From an uncultured delta proteobacterium (lineage in GTDB: Bacteria; Myxococcota_A; Polyangia; Polyangiales; Polyangiaceae): a stretch of DNA of 64,000 nt. The stretch spans positions 608,001 through 672,000 of the forward strand of contig CAVOKF010000005.1 of assembly GCA_963696385.1 (NCBI GenBank), given 5' to 3'. The notes beneath the pieces were generated by a model. The model had not been told where the DNA came from. It did not search any database and was given only the letters and a program-made list of their open reading frames with translations. This document shows positions 58,832-64,000 of the stretch, one piece after another. Numbering within the stretch: the stretch's first letter is position 1; every line of letters starts with the position of its first letter. The translations under genes and the position numbers were made by a program.

Positions 58832-60370
58832 GTGCGGCTCGGCATCGACTTCGGAACGACGCGGACGGTCGTGGCATGTGCCGACCGCGGCAACCACCCC
58901 GTGGTCGACTTCGTCGATGAAGCCGGCGACGCTCGAGGCTGGATTCCGACCGTTGTAGCCGAGCGTCGAGGAGAGTTTCGCTTCGGTTTCGACGCGCTGG
59001 CCGTGGCCGACGACTCGTCGTTTTCGTTGCTGCGATCGTTCAAGCGGTTGCTGTCGGGGCCGAACGCCGGTCCGGGGCAAAAGGTGGCGATCGGCAGCAG
59101 CGTCATCCCGCTGACGGATCTCATCGCCCATTTTCTTTCGCATGTTCGGGAGGCGCTTCGAACGCGCTCGAATCTTCGGCGAAAGCTCTCGCAGGACCCC
59201 GATCTGCAGACGGTCGTGGCCGTTCCGGCCAACGCTTTTGCGGCGCAGCGCCTGATGACTCTCGACGCCTTCCGACAGGCCGGCTTCACGGTCGGCGCCA
59301 TCGTTCATGAGCCCTCCGCGGCCGGCTTCGAATACACGCATCGGCACCGAAACACCCTGACGTCGCGGCGCGATGTCGTCGTCGTCTACGACCTGGGAGG
59401 CGGGACCTTCGACGCCTCTCTTGTGCGCATGGCGGGCCTTCATCACGAAATCCTCGCTACCGCGGGCGTCGCCAAGCTCGGCGGCGACGACTTCGACATG
59501 GTGCTCGCCGAGGTCGCGCTCCGGATCGTGAACCTCGAACTCGGACACTTGCCGCCCCGGGCCGCCGAGCAATGGCTCGACCAGTGCCGCGCCGCCAAGG
59601 AATCGCTGAACGCGAACTCGCGCAAGATCACGCTCGACCTCGAAGCGGCTCTCGGGGATGGGGCGCCGCGGCCGGAGATTAGCCTGCCGGTTTCAGCCTA
59701 TTACGAAGCGTGCATGCCGCTTATCGATCGGTCGATCGCCGCGATGCAACCTTTGACGGCCCGCGCCGAGAACGAGGCGGAGGCCGACGACATCGCCGGG
59801 ATTTACGTCGTCGGCGGAGCGAGCGAACTGCCCATCGTCGGTCGCGCCTTGCGCGAGCGGTTCGGACGGCGCGTGCACCGATCCCCGTACCCGTCGGCGG
59901 CCGTCGCCATGGGTCTGTCGATCGCGTCCGACGAACACGGCGACTTTCGCCTCATCGACCGGTATTCGCGCACCTTCGCCGTATTTCGCGAAGCCGACGC
60001 CGGGCGCGAGGTCGTCCTGGATCCCATCTTCACCCGCGACGCCGTATTACCGGCGGAGGCCGAGGCCGTGACGTTCACGCGCAGCTATCAAGCGGTTCAC
60101 AACATCGGCCACTTCCGTTTTTTCGAGTGCTCCGACGTCGACGACCTGGGCAAGCCGAGGGGGGATATGGCGCTCTGCGGCGATGTGGTGTTCCCCTTTG
60201 ATCCGGCTCTTGCGCATCGAGAAGACATCGCGTCGGTACCGGTCGAGCGCCGCTTCGACCGCGGACCTCGGATCGTCGAGCAATACTCGCTCGACCACAA
60301 CGGCATCGTCCGGGTGAGAATCCAGAACGCAGACGCCGGATACGAACGCGAATACCGCATCGGCGCGTAG
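58832..60370 (+). CDS. Divergent Hsp70-family protein
   Basis: LGIDFGTT, VAVPA, EPSAAG, VYDLGGGTFDAS, LGGDDFD, VVGGAS; non-canonical C-terminus. Confidence 0.9.
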   Translation: MRLGIDFGTTRTVVACADRGNHPVVDFVDEAGDARGWIPTVVAERRGEFRFGFDALAVADDSSFSLLRSFKRLLSGPNAGPGQKVAIGSSVIPLTDLIAHFLSHVREALRTRSNLRRKLSQDPDLQTVVAVPANAFAAQRLMTLDAFRQAGFTVGAIVHEPSAAGFEYTHRHRNTLTSRRDVVVVYDLGGGTFDASLVRMAGLHHEILATAGVAKLGGDDFDMVLAEVALRIVNLELGHLPPRAAEQWLDQCRAAKESLNANSRKITLDLEAALGDGAPRPEISLPVSAYYEACMPLIDRSIAAMQPLTARAENEAEADDIAGIYVVGGASELPIVGRALRERFGRRVHRSPYPSAAVAMGLSIASDEHGDFRLIDRYSRTFAVFREADAGREVVLDPIFTRDAVLPAEAEAVTFTRSYQAVHNIGHFRFFECSDVDDLGKPRGDMALCGDVVFPFDPALAHREDIASVPVERRFDRGPRIVEQYSLDHNGIVRVRIQNADAGYEREYRIGA

Positions 60371-60403
60371 ACGACCCACCGCCGCCCGGTACAATCTCGG
60401 GCG

Positions 60404-61096
60404 ATGGGCTACGAGCGCGAGGTGTGGGAGAGGCTGCATGCCGACCCCCGCTACTGCCCGGTGTATCCGCAAGACGTCGTCGTTCGCTGGGTCTTCCGCA
60501 ACTTCCCTCGCTCCCGGTCGAGCGAGTACCGGATCCTCGATGTCGGCTGCGGGGCGGGTCGCCACACGGTCTTTTTGGCGCGCGAAGGCTACCGAGTGTC
60601 GGCCTGCGACGTGTCGGTCGAAGGGGTGAACGTCACGCGAAAGCGGCTAAACGAGCAGAACGCCCACGCGGCGTGCGCGGTCTGCGAAGCGGACGCGCTC
60701 GACTATCCGTCGGAGTCGTTCGATGGGATCGTCTGCTACGGGGTCCTCTATTACTTGCCTTTCGATCGGTACGGCAACGCCGTGCGCGAGCTCCGCCGCG
60801 TCCTCAAGCCGGCAGGTCGGGCGCTCGTCGTGACGCGGACCCACCAGGACTCCCGGTGCCTGTCCGCCGAGCGCGTGGGCGAACATACGTTCCGGCTCGG
60901 TTCGCTTTCGGACGGGGCGCCGTCCAAGGTGGAAGAAGCCATGACGATGACGTTTCTCGACCACGAGGCCGTCCGGCGCTCGTTTGCGGACTTCGAGTCG
61001 GTTTCGATCGATCGAATCACGATGACCTCGGCCGCGGGAACGTTCGTGGACGACGACTGGATCGTGTGCGCCGCGCGCGGACCGGCACAATTGTGA
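60404..61096 (+). CDS. Class I SAM-dependent methyltransferase
   Basis: ILDVGCGAGRH, YPSESFDGI, RRVLKPAG. Confidence 0.9.
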   Translation: MGYEREVWERLHADPRYCPVYPQDVVVRWVFRNFPRSRSSEYRILDVGCGAGRHTVFLAREGYRVSACDVSVEGVNVTRKRLNEQNAHAACAVCEADALDYPSESFDGIVCYGVLYYLPFDRYGNAVRELRRVLKPAGRALVVTRTHQDSRCLSAERVGEHTFRLGSLSDGAPSKVEEAMTMTFLDHEAVRRSFADFESVSIDRITMTSAAGTFVDDDWIVCAARGPAQL

Positions 61097-61260
61097 TTGT
61101 TGGGGGGGCCACGATCAGAGGCGATCGGCGTGGTCGTGCGAGGTCGAGGCGCGCCCGTTCGGCGAGTCCTGGTAACCCGTGATCGTTGGGGGCCACGATC
61201 AGAGGCGATCGGCGTGGTCGTGCGAGGTCGACGCGCGCCCGTTCGGCGAGTCCTGGTAAC
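61093..61260. repeat. Two-copy 84-bp tandem duplication
   Basis: CCACGATCAGAGGCG...GTCCTGGTAAC at 61109-61176 and 61193-61260, one mismatch in the core. Confidence 0.9.
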
Positions 61261-61288
61261 GTGCCCGGATGCGACAACCCAGGGACCG

Positions 61289-63283
<1,995 letters not shown>

Positions 63284-63487
63284 AGGCGGACCATGCGTCC
63301 ACTCAGGCCCGCACCGATGCAGCCGGCTGTCAGGCCAGGACTTCCGGTTCGGGCTTCGTGCGCCGGGTGGCGTACGCTTCGATGGCGGCATCGACGATCA
63401 TGGCAAACTCTCTTTTCCGGGGCGGTCGGTGATCTTCGGCTCCGAAGCCTACCGCTGGCCGGGGTCGTCTCGGGTCGGCGCGCGCGC

Positions 63488-64000
63488 TCAGTTCACGCCG
63501 GGCGCTTCGCGTCCGGTTCGCTCGACGTACTCGGCGTAGCCCCCGCCGTACCGGTGGTGGCCCTCCGGAGTCAATTCGAGCACGCGGTTCGACAGCGCCC
63601 GTAAAAACTGCCGATCGTGGGACACGAAGAGCATCGTGCCTTCGAACGAACGCAGGGCCCGGACCAGCATCTCCTTGGTCGAAAGGTCCAAGTGGTTGGT
63701 CGGCTCGTCGAGCACCAAGAAATTGGGGGGATCGTAAAGCGTGGCCGCCAAGACAAGCCGGGCCTTCTCGCCGCCCGACAGCACGCGACAGCGCTTGTCC
63801 ACGTCGTCGCCCGAGAATCCAAACGCGCCGGCCAGGGTCCTCATCGATCCGAGGGTGGCGAGCGGGAAGGCCCGTCGGAGCGACTCGATGACGCTCTCGT
63901 CGGGGTCGAGCAGCTCCATCGCGTGCTGCGCGAAATAGCCGATCTTCACGCTGGCCCCGACCGCGACGCGCCCGTCGTCGGGCGGTGTCGCTCCGGCGAC
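63488..64000 (-). CDS. ABC-F family ATP-binding protein, 5'-partial
   Basis: IGYFAQH, LSGGEKARL, LDEPTNHLD, FVSHDR, YGGGYAEY. Confidence 0.92.
   Translation of the reverse strand, partial: VAGATPPDDGRVAVGASVKIGYFAQHAMELLDPDESVIESLRRAFPLATLGSMRTLAGAFGFSGDDVDKRCRVLSGGEKARLVLAATLYDPPNFLVLDEPTNHLDLSTKEMLVRALRSFEGTMLFVSHDRQFLRALSNRVLELTPEGHHRYGGGYAEYVERTGREAPGVN

Noticed and set aside
61093..61260. Repeat as a CRISPR array
   Set aside because: Only two adjacent 84-bp copies, no spacers, no cas genes

Overview
GC-rich bacterial chromosomal DNA whose gene content points to a myxobacterium (Polyangiaceae/Sorangiineae-like; inference). No rRNA, tRNA, CRISPR array, transposase or integrase was found. 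From left to right: a partial BamA/TamA-like outer-membrane protein; a block of small general-stress membrane proteins, nearly each preceded by its own sigma-54 (-24/-12)-like promoter; two large hybrid histidine kinases; a stretch of decayed gene fragments (Gfo oxidoreductase, lactonase, LLM monooxygenase); a sulfur locus (cysE, cysK, XRE-cupin regulator, internally deleted ribBA, Phd-VapC toxin-antitoxin pair, arylsulfotransferase) with repeated GTCYA/TAGAC operator-like arrays. The best candidate for an undescribed system lies at about 27.2-36.7 kb. A Myxococcales-type sigma factor and a convergent zinc-finger/Ser-Thr kinase/STAND-NTPase/TPR protein enclose a tightly coupled operon of one FAD-dependent HpnE/carotenoid-desaturase-like oxidoreductase and three divergent tandem DUF3237-like beta-barrel proteins. 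The right half is mostly ordinary: VOC, DHFR-like, GH54, SWIM-SNF2, P3A H+-ATPase, RNB, def, betaine ABC transporter, two lipoproteins, B12-radical SAM, pdxH, hemerythrin, desaturase, Hsp70-like, methyltransferase and two ABC-F genes. All family calls come from motif recognition by eye, not database searches.
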